From the NCBI GenBank assembly GCA_045560295.1, contig JBJKZL010000001.1:661973-725972 (forward strand): 64,000 nt of DNA, given 5' to 3'. How positions within the stretch are numbered: the stretch's first letter is position 1; every line of letters starts with the position of its first letter. This document shows positions 50,046-59,623 of this stretch, one piece after another. This DNA is from Fidelibacterota bacterium (GTDB lineage Bacteria > Fidelibacterota > Marinisomatia > Marinisomatales > Marinisomataceae). The notes under the pieces are model-generated. The model was not told the origin of the DNA and did not search any database. It saw only the letters and a program-made list of their open reading frames with translations. A program made the translations under genes and the position numbers.

Positions 50046-51974
50046 TTATTTATTTATCAAACTATCAATGACACTTGGATCTGCTAGAGTAGAAATATCC
50101 CCTAAATCATCTGTTTCATTTTGAGCAATTTTTTTCAAGATTCTTCTCATGATTTTACCAGATCTAGTTTTAGGTAATCCATCACAAAATTGAATAACGC
50201 TTGGCTTTGCATGAGGACCAATAATCTTTGTAACTGTAGCTAGAATATCTGTTTTAATATCATCGGATGGTTCAACGCCAGTCATTAGAGTTACAAAAGC
50301 ATAAATACCTTCTCCTTTAATATCATGAGTATATCCGATGACAGCAGCTTCTGCTACTCCTGTTGCAGCTCCAATAGCTCCTTCAACTTCAGCTGTACCA
50401 ATACGATGTCCTGACACATTTAAAACGTCATCTACTCTTCCAGTGATCCAATAGTAACCATCTTCATCAATGAAAGCTCCATCCCCAGTAAAATAATTAC
50501 CAGGTGCTTGAGCAAAATATGTATCTTTAAAACGCTGATGATCTCCATAGACAGTTCGCATTTGTCCTGGCCATGATTGTGTCATGACTAAAAATCCTGT
50601 TGTATTAGGCTCAGTAATTTTATTTCCATTCTCATCTAATAAAGCAGGTTCAATTCCAGGTAATGGTAATGTAGCTGATCCAGGTTTAGTTGGAACACAA
50701 CCTGGGATTGGAGACATTAAGACTCCACCAGTTTCTGTTTGCCACCACGTATCAACGATTGGACATTTTTCTTTTCCGATGGTTTGAAAGTACCAATGCC
50801 ATTCCGGTGATTTAATTGGCTCTCCTACTGTACCTAACACTCTTAGGCTTGATAAATCATATTGATTTGGAAAGTCATCTCCCTCTTTCATTAATGCACG
50901 CAATGCTGTGGGTGCAGTATAAAAAATATTTACTTTGTGTTGCTCTACAATTTGCCAGAAACGTCCAAAATCAGGATAATTTGGTACACCTTCAAAAATA
51001 ACTTGGGTCACGCCATTGGAAAGAGGTCCATAGACAATATAAGAATGGCCTGTAATCCAACCAATATCAGCTGTACACCAATAAATATGATCTTTATGAT
51101 GATCAAATACTATCTCATGTGTATGAGAAGTATATACCATATATCCACCCGTAGTATGCAACACTCCTTTTGGTGTTCCCGTTGATCCAGAAGTATATAA
51201 TATAAATAAAGGATCTTCCGCATCCATCACTTCAGGTTCACATACCGTATCACATCCTTCTATAAAATCATGCCAATAAATATCTCTTCCTTCTTGCATT
51301 ACTACATCATTACCACATCTATCTACCACTACAATCTTTTCAAGAGAAGGACATTCATCTGCAATATGATTTGCATTTTCTTTCATTGGAATATCGTGTT
51401 TTGTACCACGCACTCCATTATCCTGAGTAATCAATAGCTTGCATTCTGAATCGTTGATTCTATTTTTTAAAGCATCAGAAGAAAATGCTCCAAATACAAC
51501 AGAATGTACTGCTCCAATACGCGCACAAGCCAACATCGCAACAATAGCTTCTGGTATCATTTGCATATAAATACATACACGATCTCCTTTTTGAATATTT
51601 GCTTTTTTTAATGCATTTGCAAACTGAGAGACATGTACTAATAATTCATTATAAGTAACATCTTTGCTAACATTGACATCATTGGATTGCCAGATCAATG
51701 CTGTTTTTTCTCCTAAGCCATTCTTGATATGTCGATCAATACAATTATAAGATGCGTTAAGTTTTCCATTGGTGAACCATTCTATATGTGCATCATGATA
51801 ATTCGTTTTATTAACATCGGTCCATTTTTCAAACCAGTCAATTCTTTCTGCTACTTTTGCCCAATATGCTTCATTGTCTGTATGAACATCTGTTTTAAGT
51901 TTTAGATACTCTTCGAGGCTATTATAGCCAGTTAGGGATGAGAAATCCCCAGGTACATTGTATTTTTTTTTCAC
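50046..51974 (-). CDS. acs: Acetyl-CoA synthetase
   Basis: YTSGSTGTPKG, DTWWQTETG, GRVDDVLNVSGHR, PKTRSGKIMRR. Confidence 0.97.
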   Translation of the reverse strand: MKKKYNVPGDFSSLTGYNSLEEYLKLKTDVHTDNEAYWAKVAERIDWFEKWTDVNKTNYHDAHIEWFTNGKLNASYNCIDRHIKNGLGEKTALIWQSNDVNVSKDVTYNELLVHVSQFANALKKANIQKGDRVCIYMQMIPEAIVAMLACARIGAVHSVVFGAFSSDALKNRINDSECKLLITQDNGVRGTKHDIPMKENANHIADECPSLEKIVVVDRCGNDVVMQEGRDIYWHDFIEGCDTVCEPEVMDAEDPLFILYTSGSTGTPKGVLHTTGGYMVYTSHTHEIVFDHHKDHIYWCTADIGWITGHSYIVYGPLSNGVTQVIFEGVPNYPDFGRFWQIVEQHKVNIFYTAPTALRALMKEGDDFPNQYDLSSLRVLGTVGEPIKSPEWHWYFQTIGKEKCPIVDTWWQTETGGVLMSPIPGCVPTKPGSATLPLPGIEPALLDENGNKITEPNTTGFLVMTQSWPGQMRTVYGDHQRFKDTYFAQAPGNYFTGDGAFIDEDGYYWITGRVDDVLNVSGHRIGTAEVEGAIGAATGVAEAAVIGYTHDIKGEGIYAFVTLMTGVEPSDDIKTDILATVTKIIGPHAKPSVIQFCDGLPKTRSGKIMRRILKKIAQNETDDLGDISTLADPSVIDSLINK

Positions 51975-52022
51975 AATGTTAAGTTAAAAACAATCCCCCT
52001 AAAAGGTGAAGTTAATTATTGG

Positions 52023-52097
52023 TTACTGCTTAGAGTACCACCAACAACCGCCAGCTACTACTAATAATAGCCACCACCACTCTGTTAGAAATTCCAT
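52023..52097 (-). CDS. 24-aa Trp-rich small protein (not in ORF track)
   Basis: MEFLTEWWWLLLVVAGGCWWYSKQ, preceded by AGAGG and an A-run. Confidence 0.65.
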   Translation of the reverse strand: MEFLTEWWWLLLVVAGGCWWYSKQ

Positions 52098-52125
52098 TTT
52101 TTTTCCTCTACTTAGTTACTATAAT

Positions 52126-52168
52126 AAAAAAGGCAACATTCTATGATGAGAATAGAATATTGCCCCCT
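52126..52168 (-). terminator. Intrinsic terminator downstream of the hemolysin III gene
   Basis: Minus strand GGCAATATTCTAT-loop-ATAGAATGTTGCC-TTTTTT. Confidence 0.7.
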
Positions 52169-52244
52169 TCAATTTCACTATAATGTATTAAAAAAAGTAA
52201 AAACAAGCGAGTTATACATAATTCTTTATTAGCAAAAATGTATC

Positions 52245-52907
52245 TTAGGATGGTAAAACATAAAAAAATATTGAAATGAAATGACTAAAACTTCCGCCCA
52301 TAACAAAGAGGTGCCAGATAAAATGATTGTATTCAATGCGCTTGTCCATTAAGTAAAAAAAGACTCCAATCAAATAGGATGCACATCCTATTACTAGCCA
52401 TAAGAGACCTTCGTATGATAATAACTGAAATAGATCCTGCATATAAAAAACACAAATTCCTCCCATTCCAACATATAAAAATGTTGAAATAAGATTATAT
52501 TTTCCGACAGTAAATAATTTCCATATAATACCAAATAATGCGATACTCCAAATCATACTAAATAATATCCATCCTTTAGTTCCTTGAAGTAAAACAAGGG
52601 CATAAGGGGTGTATGAACCAGCGATCATTGTATAAATAGCAAACATATCTAACATTCTATATTTATTACGCTTAATAGGATCCTTAGATTTATGATACAT
52701 AGTTGATGTAATAAAAGTCAACATTTGCGCAATACCAAAAACAGCCAAACTAAAAATATAGATTGGGCTCCCGTTATTAATTCCTTTTATCACAAGGAAA
52801 ATAAAGCACACAATGCTACATAAAAAAGCAAAACCATGACTTAACACATTAAGTCTTTCTTCTTTTTCAGGGTAAAAATATGTTGAATAAGTGTCTTTAT
52901 GATTCAT
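52245..52907 (-). CDS. Hemolysin III / PAQR family membrane protein
   Basis: EERLNVLSHG, STMYH, D...IY..IAGSYTP, HFIWHLFV, HF. Confidence 0.92.
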   Translation of the reverse strand: MNHKDTYSTYFYPEKEERLNVLSHGFAFLCSIVCFIFLVIKGINNGSPIYIFSLAVFGIAQMLTFITSTMYHKSKDPIKRNKYRMLDMFAIYTMIAGSYTPYALVLLQGTKGWILFSMIWSIALFGIIWKLFTVGKYNLISTFLYVGMGGICVFYMQDLFQLLSYEGLLWLVIGCASYLIGVFFYLMDKRIEYNHFIWHLFVMGGSFSHFISIFFYVLPS

Positions 52908-52948
52908 TATTATAATTGTGAAATTGACCAGTTAAACCTACACAAAAA

Positions 52949-53797
52949 TTATGGCTTTTTTTTGAAAAATCTTTGTTTCTCTAACTCTTTAACATCTCTT
53001 TTGGATCGCTTTACTGCTCGAATATGTGGCATGTTAGTATTATCTCCTCCTGAACAATTTTCTCCAAGCGGTTTTTCTTTTATCCAAGAATGATACTGAT
53101 AATTTGCAAACCATTGTTTAAAAGAGTTTTTAAAAGTATTTATGATGAGTGGATGCAGTGCATCAATACTATATGTGTCTCCTTTTTCTGACATAACCTC
53201 CACTCCCACAAAGAGAGCTATCAACTTACGGATAGAAGTATATCTCCTATAAATTTGAATTTCAAAATGTTTGAAATGCTTATTCTTTACCTTCCCAAAA
53301 CGCTTATTTAGCCAATTTCCTCTATACTTATTAAAGTGAAGAGATTGAATTAGTGCTATATGATTTGGGTTGTCTTTGATATCATAAGAAGGATGATTCC
53401 ACAAATGCTCCATAAATTTACTAACCTGGCTTTGGGTAAAGTCTTTTGTTGATTTTATGGGTGCAAGTGGATGTCGCTTTAAATACATTTCTGCAATCAA
53501 TTTCATATCTTTTAAGTTATGCTCTTTTGCAAATTCATCACTATCTACCGAAAACCATGGTGCATCATTTAAATTCTCTACCCCTCTAGAATCAATAACA
53601 GGTTTATAATACTCAAATCCATCTAACTCAGTAATATTAATACCATAATTATAAATACTGCGCTCAATCCATAAGAGACTTCCAAGGTAATATTCAGTTC
53701 TTTGGCTTTTATCTTTAATAGTGAGAAAAAAAGAATACGTAGCATGCCACTCATGCAATAAATCCTTTAAAGCATTCAAATTAGCTTTATTTGTCAT
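52949..53797 (-). CDS. Hypothetical soluble protein, no family recognised
   Basis: 282-aa ORF overlapping the upstream gene in operon fashion. Confidence 0.65.
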   Translation of the reverse strand: MTNKANLNALKDLLHEWHATYSFFLTIKDKSQRTEYYLGSLLWIERSIYNYGINITELDGFEYYKPVIDSRGVENLNDAPWFSVDSDEFAKEHNLKDMKLIAEMYLKRHPLAPIKSTKDFTQSQVSKFMEHLWNHPSYDIKDNPNHIALIQSLHFNKYRGNWLNKRFGKVKNKHFKHFEIQIYRRYTSIRKLIALFVGVEVMSEKGDTYSIDALHPLIINTFKNSFKQWFANYQYHSWIKEKPLGENCSGGDNTNMPHIRAVKRSKRDVKELEKQRFFKKKP

Positions 53798-54005
53798 CAG
53801 TTTTTTCCAATATTCTCCAACTAGGTAGCCATTTATTACGATTTTGAAGTTCAGATTCGCTTACTGTTACCTTTATTTTCTTTTTGCATACAGAAAACAA
53901 CTCAAGTTCTTTTGTTTTTTTATTAACATTTATTACTTCAAAATGTCTCCACCCTTCTACCTTGCCTACTGATGTCCACTTGGAATGTTGATAATTTCTC
54001 TTCAT
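53787..54005 (-). CDS. TIGR02450 family Trp-rich protein
   Basis: SKWTSV..GWRHFEVIN...EL...W...W; ATG 54005. Confidence 0.82.
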   Translation of the reverse strand: MKRNYQHSKWTSVGKVEGWRHFEVINVNKKTKELELFSVCKKKIKVTVSESELQNRNKWLPSWRILEKTDDK

Positions 54006-54112
54006 ATATAGTATTATTTTAAAACTATTTTTTAATACACTATAGCAATTAATTTTTAAATATTTCAATAAAAGGGCTGGTATGTTCACAGTCCTTTCTT
54101 TTAATTTAAAAG

Positions 54113-54835
54113 ATGAATCATAAGCCTTATAAAAATCTTAATAATTCAAAAAAAGAACAGATAGTCACAATGTTTGATCGTATTGCCGAGACATACGATC
54201 AATTAAATGGGCTCATTACTTTTGGAATGGATAAAACATGGCGTAGACGTGTAGCAAAAATGATTGCTGCTAATGATCCTGAAACTATACTAGATGCAGC
54301 AACAGGAACTGGAGCTTTAGCAATTGATTTAGCAGAATACTCTTCAGCAAGAATAATAGGCGTCGATATTTCAGGAGAGATGCTCTCTATTGGTAAAGAA
54401 AAAATAAAACATCTAGAACTAGATCATAAGATTACTTTGGAATTAGATGATGCTGAAGCATTATCGTTCAACCCTGATACGTTCGATGCTATTAGTATTG
54501 GATTTGGTGTAAGAAATTTTGATAATTTAAATAAGGGGTTATCTGAAATATACAGAGTATTAAAACCAGGTGGGCAATTGGTCATTCTTGAAACATCCGT
54601 TCCAAAATACTTTCCCTTTAAACAGGGATATTATCTTTTTTCACATTGGATAATTCCTATGCTAGGGAAGATCTTTTCTAAAGAAAAATTAGCATATGAA
54701 TACTTATCTGATTCTGCTAGTATTTTTCCCTATGGAAAAAGATTTAATAGAATTCTTAAAGAGAATAAATTTGTTTCTATAGCGAATCATCCTCAAATGC
54801 TTGGTATCGTCACTATATATACAGCATTTAAATAA
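54113..54835 (+). CDS. ubiE: Demethylmenaquinone/ubiquinone methyltransferase (UbiE/MenG)
   Basis: MFDRIAETYDQLN, LDAATGTG, IGFGVRN, RVLKPGG, AYEYL. Confidence 0.92.
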   Translation: MNHKPYKNLNNSKKEQIVTMFDRIAETYDQLNGLITFGMDKTWRRRVAKMIAANDPETILDAATGTGALAIDLAEYSSARIIGVDISGEMLSIGKEKIKHLELDHKITLELDDAEALSFNPDTFDAISIGFGVRNFDNLNKGLSEIYRVLKPGGQLVILETSVPKYFPFKQGYYLFSHWIIPMLGKIFSKEKLAYEYLSDSASIFPYGKRFNRILKENKFVSIANHPQMLGIVTIYTAFK

Positions 54836-55444
54836 CTAAAAATGTGTCATTAGCGAAAGGAAGGTTTCTTTCCCATTTCCACCAAACTCTACGAGATAAT
54901 TTCTTTTTAGTATTCGAATAACAGGCATTAAAATCTCATTATTATTATCATCAAAGCTATAATTGGTATACTGACCTATCAACCACACTGCAGTTCCTTT
55001 ATAGTCAGTAATTTTTGGTGTAAAAGCTAATCGAATACTATTCTTTATCGATTCATTAAATGAAGAATACTCTATCATATGCATTACCATGAATCTTCTA
55101 TTTTCCCAATCAGCATGAAGACCAATATGATACATAGATTTTTCAGAATCTATATTTAGGCCAATACTTGATAAGGCATAGATATTTGCTTGATAACTAG
55201 AGGCATTCCATCGTTTGACTAATAAATTATTATTCGAGGAAATATAAGATTGATCGCCATATTTATCATTAAACAATCTAATACCAGAATAAAATTTCTT
55301 TGTGAATGTTTTACCAAATCTAATCTCAGTTATATCCGGAGAATCAATCAACCAAATTACTTTACCACCCTTAAAAACAACGGGATGGGCTTGTAATAGG
55401 GATAGAAATATTGCTAAGAGAATGATACATTTTTTCATAAACAA
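54836..55444 (-). CDS. Exported beta-rich hypothetical protein
   Basis: Signal peptide ending LQA then HPV; LVKRWN...QANIY, DWENRR; C-terminal HF. Confidence 0.65.
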   Translation of the reverse strand: MFMKKCIILLAIFLSLLQAHPVVFKGGKVIWLIDSPDITEIRFGKTFTKKFYSGIRLFNDKYGDQSYISSNNNLLVKRWNASSYQANIYALSSIGLNIDSEKSMYHIGLHADWENRRFMVMHMIEYSSFNESIKNSIRLAFTPKITDYKGTAVWLIGQYTNYSFDDNNNEILMPVIRILKRNYLVEFGGNGKETFLSLMTHF

Positions 55445-55450
55445 GGATAT

Positions 55451-55840
55451 CTAGCCAACTAGTTTAGGAATAGTCTTTTTTTCGATTTTATTGCCGTCAA
55501 AATTAGTGTAAATAGCAACGGTATCATAACCAGCATCATTAATAATCTGGATTGCTTCCCATTCATCAATTTTTTTAGATAGATCGATGGGTATGTAAAT
55601 CATTTGTGTGTCTAAATCTATATTAATACCATCATCCTTATATGCTTTTTCATTTAGAAAAGAAAGCTCAGATAGTCCTTCTTGAATGCCAAATGCACAC
55701 ATAGCACATACCATTCCAGATACTTCAACGACTAATTGATCTTTTTCTACTTCAAGATTACTATCTTGACTGAACACAGATGAAAAAAATAGTATAAGTA
55801 TTAATAGGTTTTTCTTCATAATAGTAAAATTACTATACAA
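55451..55840 (-). CDS. Exported heavy-metal-associated (HMA) domain protein
   Basis: Signal peptide, VSGMVCAMC, INDAGY. Confidence 0.82.
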   Translation of the reverse strand: MYSNFTIMKKNLLILILFFSSVFSQDSNLEVEKDQLVVEVSGMVCAMCAFGIQEGLSELSFLNEKAYKDDGINIDLDTQMIYIPIDLSKKIDEWEAIQIINDAGYDTVAIYTNFDGNKIEKKTIPKLVG

Positions 55841-55904
55841 TAATAAAAAATAAAATGATATTTCATTAAATCTACAAATGTGGCATAATATTAAGTAAAA
55901 TTAC

Positions 55905-58733
55905 CTATAAACGGTTTCCATCTCTATCTAATAATACAGGTTTACCAAATCCAAGATTTTCAATTAAGTCTAATTGAGTTTTTGCATCTCCAGCAACTAC
56001 ATATATCATACTATTACCATTTAGGTATTTGTTTGACAATTCCTGGACATCTTCCACTGTCATATTGGAAAGCGTATTTTGACGTTCTGATATATAGTCT
56101 ACAGGAAGATTATATTTACTAATATTATCTAACATGTCAATTAAGCTACCCAGTGTTTCAAAACGTAATGCATTACTTTTAATTAATTTATTTTTTGTAA
56201 CATCTAAATCACTTTGAAAATATGTTTCACTATAATTAGAGATTAAATCTCTAAAAATCTCTAATGACTCTAGAGTAACATTAGTTCTAACTTGTGAGTA
56301 TGCATAGAAAGGAGTTTGAAATTTATTTGGTCGTAAGAAAGATCCTGCTCCATAAGTATATCCTTTTTCAAGTCGTAATGTTCTCATTAGTCTTGCTTCC
56401 ATTCCACCACCTAATCTATTATTTGTAACATTAAGTGGATATGTTAATGGGTCGGTACCAGGAACAGTAAGAGTACCTACTGTAATTGCGGATTGTTTTG
56501 CGTCTGGTATATCAATAAAGTAAACAGTAGGCTTAGCCGGAGGATTTACCATTTCAATTTTAGGCAAATCAATCGATTGTCCTTTCCATTTTTTATTAAA
56601 ACTACTCAACACTTTTACTGATTCATTTTCACTGATATCACCAACTATATGAAAATGAGATACTTTTGGAGAAATATAGGCTGCAAAGTATTCCTTCAAA
56701 TCATCCATGGTTATTGAGTTTACACTTTCAGTTGTTCCACCCAATGGGGTTGAAGATGGATGTTTCTCTCCATAAAGCTTCTTATTTAAAGCATTAAATG
56801 CTAAAGATTGTGGACTACCTTTTACTTGTTGAATCGACGATAGTCTTCTAGTTTTTGCAATTTCAAATGCTTCATTATCCCATCTTGGCTCAGTTAAAAT
56901 TTCATTTACTAAATCCAGAGTTTTGTCAAGATTTCTAGTTAAGCTATTTCCATAAATACTAATACTTTCTAAGCCAGCATTTATTGATATTGATGATCCT
57001 AAGAGATCAACTGCTTCTTCTAATTCTGCTGGAGTTTTTGTTTTTGTTCCTTCATTCATCAGATTAGCAACCAGACTAGCCGTTCCTTTTTTACCTTCTT
57101 TATCTAATAATTGACCTCCATCAATTCGTAAATAAAATTGTACTAAAGGCAATTCAGAATTCTCTATTCCATAAAGTTTTGTTCCGTTGGATAAATCATT
57201 AGTCCATACTGTGGGGATAGTTAAAAGAGGTAACTCGCCTAATGCGGGCTCAGATCTATCATACTCTGTTTCAGTTTTTACAAAAGGCTTATTCTCTTGC
57301 CCGTATTTCATATCAAATTGCTTTTCTTTTCCACGAACAACTTGTTCCTCTTTAATAAAAGCCTCTTTTGATTCATTCAATATTAGTTCAGGTTGAGATT
57401 GTGGAACAACGCTTAAAATAACCTTATTTTGATTTTTGATATATTTATTATAAACGCGCATTACATCTTCTTTTGTCACAGCTAAAATATTTGCAATATC
57501 CTGAGAAACAAATCCAGGATCTCCTGCATATTCATTATAGAATCCAAGCTGTCTAGCTTTATTTAAGTTTGTAGAAATGCTATTATAAAATCCTGTTTCT
57601 TGACCAGCTTTAATACGTTTTAAATCATTATCACTTACTCCATTCTGCTCAAAGTTTTCCAATGCCTTCATAATAGCATCATGTACATCATTTAAAGGAG
57701 TTTTAGGATTTGCACGCACAGTAATTTGAAATTGTCCTGCAATTTCTGATGAATAATTATATGCATTTGCTGCTGGAGCTAATTTTTGTTTCTCAATAAT
57801 TTCTTTGTAGAAAACAGAATTTCTCCCATCAGATAGAATTTCACCTAAAGTATTTAAAGCATAAGAATCATTACTATATTGTTCAACTGTTGGGAAAGTC
57901 ATAGAAATTTGAGGAAGCTGAGCATACTTATCAAGGTGATATAGTTTCTTTGTTTCTGAAAGCTTTACAAGTCTTACTTCTGGTTTTTCAATAACATTTT
58001 TGTTGGGCTTAATTTCACCAAACCATCTTTCAACTAATTGCTTGGTTTCTTCAAATTCAATATCACCTGCTATAACGACAGTAGCATTGCTTGGTCCATA
58101 GAACTCATAATAAAATTCTTTTACGTCTTCTATGGTAGCCGCTTGTAAATCTTCTAGCTCTCCAATGACTGACCAGCTGTAAGGATGGCCTTCAGGATAT
58201 AATGCCTTTTGAATAATTCCACTACTATGGCCATAAGGCTGATTATCAACACGTTGTCTTTTTTCATTTTTTACCACTTGGATTTCACCTTCAAGTGTTT
58301 CAGCATCAACTGTATTAATCATAAAACCTAGTCTATCAGAATCAATCCACATCAATTTCTCCAATGCATCTTTTGGAACAACTTCATAATAAATTGTGTA
58401 ATCAAAACTTGTTCCACCGTTTCGGCTTCCCCCCCAAGTTGGAATTAGAAGTCTGTTTGCACCTCTAGGAGTGTTTTCAGATGCGGTAAATGCCATGTGT
58501 TCAAAAAAATGAGCAAATCCAGTTTTTCCAGGTTTTTCTCGATTAGATCCTACATGTACTATAGTTGATATTGCAACAAGCGGGTCGGAATTATCTTTAT
58601 GTAAAATAATTTTGAGACCATTATCTAATTCATATTTTTCGTATGGGATAGATAATTGATTTTCTTCTGTTGAGGTACATCCTAATAGAAATAATATAGT
58701 TAAGATATTTATAAAATTGATTTTTTTAGACAT
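55905..58733 (-). CDS. M16 family zinc peptidase (PqqL-like) lipoprotein
   Basis: LLGC lipobox, TGFAHFFEHM (HxxEH), LRLEKGYTYG. Confidence 0.93.
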   Translation of the reverse strand: MSKKINFINILTILFLLGCTSTEENQLSIPYEKYELDNGLKIILHKDNSDPLVAISTIVHVGSNREKPGKTGFAHFFEHMAFTASENTPRGANRLLIPTWGGSRNGGTSFDYTIYYEVVPKDALEKLMWIDSDRLGFMINTVDAETLEGEIQVVKNEKRQRVDNQPYGHSSGIIQKALYPEGHPYSWSVIGELEDLQAATIEDVKEFYYEFYGPSNATVVIAGDIEFEETKQLVERWFGEIKPNKNVIEKPEVRLVKLSETKKLYHLDKYAQLPQISMTFPTVEQYSNDSYALNTLGEILSDGRNSVFYKEIIEKQKLAPAANAYNYSSEIAGQFQITVRANPKTPLNDVHDAIMKALENFEQNGVSDNDLKRIKAGQETGFYNSISTNLNKARQLGFYNEYAGDPGFVSQDIANILAVTKEDVMRVYNKYIKNQNKVILSVVPQSQPELILNESKEAFIKEEQVVRGKEKQFDMKYGQENKPFVKTETEYDRSEPALGELPLLTIPTVWTNDLSNGTKLYGIENSELPLVQFYLRIDGGQLLDKEGKKGTASLVANLMNEGTKTKTPAELEEAVDLLGSSISINAGLESISIYGNSLTRNLDKTLDLVNEILTEPRWDNEAFEIAKTRRLSSIQQVKGSPQSLAFNALNKKLYGEKHPSSTPLGGTTESVNSITMDDLKEYFAAYISPKVSHFHIVGDISENESVKVLSSFNKKWKGQSIDLPKIEMVNPPAKPTVYFIDIPDAKQSAITVGTLTVPGTDPLTYPLNVTNNRLGGGMEARLMRTLRLEKGYTYGAGSFLRPNKFQTPFYAYSQVRTNVTLESLEIFRDLISNYSETYFQSDLDVTKNKLIKSNALRFETLGSLIDMLDNISKYNLPVDYISERQNTLSNMTVEDVQELSNKYLNGNSMIYVVAGDAKTQLDLIENLGFGKPVLLDRDGNRL

Positions 58734-58850
58734 TGTAATGCTCCACTATTAATTTTTTACATTTAAGATTGTAAATCTAATGCTTTAATCGTAATAAAAA
58801 AAGGCTACCGTAGTAGATTTTTTTTTGTGAAATTGCTAGTGGATAGGCTA

Positions 58851-58946
58851 GTGAGAAAAGAAGAACCATCAATCAGAATTATTATATTTCTCTTAGCTGC
58901 TTGGCTAATCATATTTATCGTACTATTAATTTCATTAGCTATCTAA
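58851..58946 (+). CDS. Possible 31-aa single-TM small protein
   Basis: GTG start; MRKEEPSIRIIIFLLAAWLIIFIVLLISLAI. Confidence 0.4.
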   Translation: MRKEEPSIRIIIFLLAAWLIIFIVLLISLAI

Positions 58947-59053
58947 AAAATAGTCATCTTAATTTTTACTACTAATCTTCTATCAAAGAATTCCTATATT
59001 TTATTTTCTTAAAATAATACATAATGTTCGGTTTTCCCCCGAGAACATAGTCA

Positions 59054-59077
59054 AAAGGGCTGCATTAGTAGCCCTTT
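59054..59077. terminator. Bidirectional intrinsic terminator
   Basis: AAAAGGGCTGC-ATTA-GTAGCCCTTTT immediately after the stop of 59078-59623. Confidence 0.85.
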
Positions 59078-59623
59078 TCATTTATTTAAAAATCTTAAAA
59101 TAGATAGATAGTATATAATTGGAGCTACAAACCAAATTAATTGTGGTATCAATGTCAAATCTTTTCCATTAATAGATATAAATATGGGGTTATACCAATT
59201 TTCTAAAAAAACCCATAATTTTCCACTGCAATTTAAATCAACTAGAAATTCTGAGATACTTCCCCATATAATCATTATTAGAAGTGCATTACTGTTAAAG
59301 GAATAAAGATAGCTATCACTTTTTAGAATCGTATTACATAAAAAAATACCTATTAGAAAAATAAGACTGTCCAAAAAAGCATAATTAATATTACGTACTA
59401 AGGGAAGATCAATAGGCCAATCAACTAATATTAAATGGAATGAATCTCCTGCTAAGGCAAAAGGGATTTCCCATGTTAATCCAACACATATTCCAATAAT
59501 AAATAATGAGATAATTTTTTTGGATACATATCCTAGTTTATACAATAAAAAAAAGACAATGGGAGAAGATGAACCGATAATAAAAGCAGTCCACATGATT
59601 TGATTGGCAGTGAGTGAAATCAT
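59078..59623 (-). CDS. Hypothetical membrane protein
   Basis: About five TM segments; abuts the arcC stop. Confidence 0.65.
   Translation of the reverse strand: MISLTANQIMWTAFIIGSSSPIVFFLLYKLGYVSKKIISLFIIGICVGLTWEIPFALAGDSFHLILVDWPIDLPLVRNINYAFLDSLIFLIGIFLCNTILKSDSYLYSFNSNALLIMIIWGSISEFLVDLNCSGKLWVFLENWYNPIFISINGKDLTLIPQLIWFVAPIIYYLSILRFLNK

Noticed and set aside
52245-52907. Hemolytic virulence factor
   Set aside because: Hemolysin III/PAQR proteins are widespread membrane proteins in non-pathogens.
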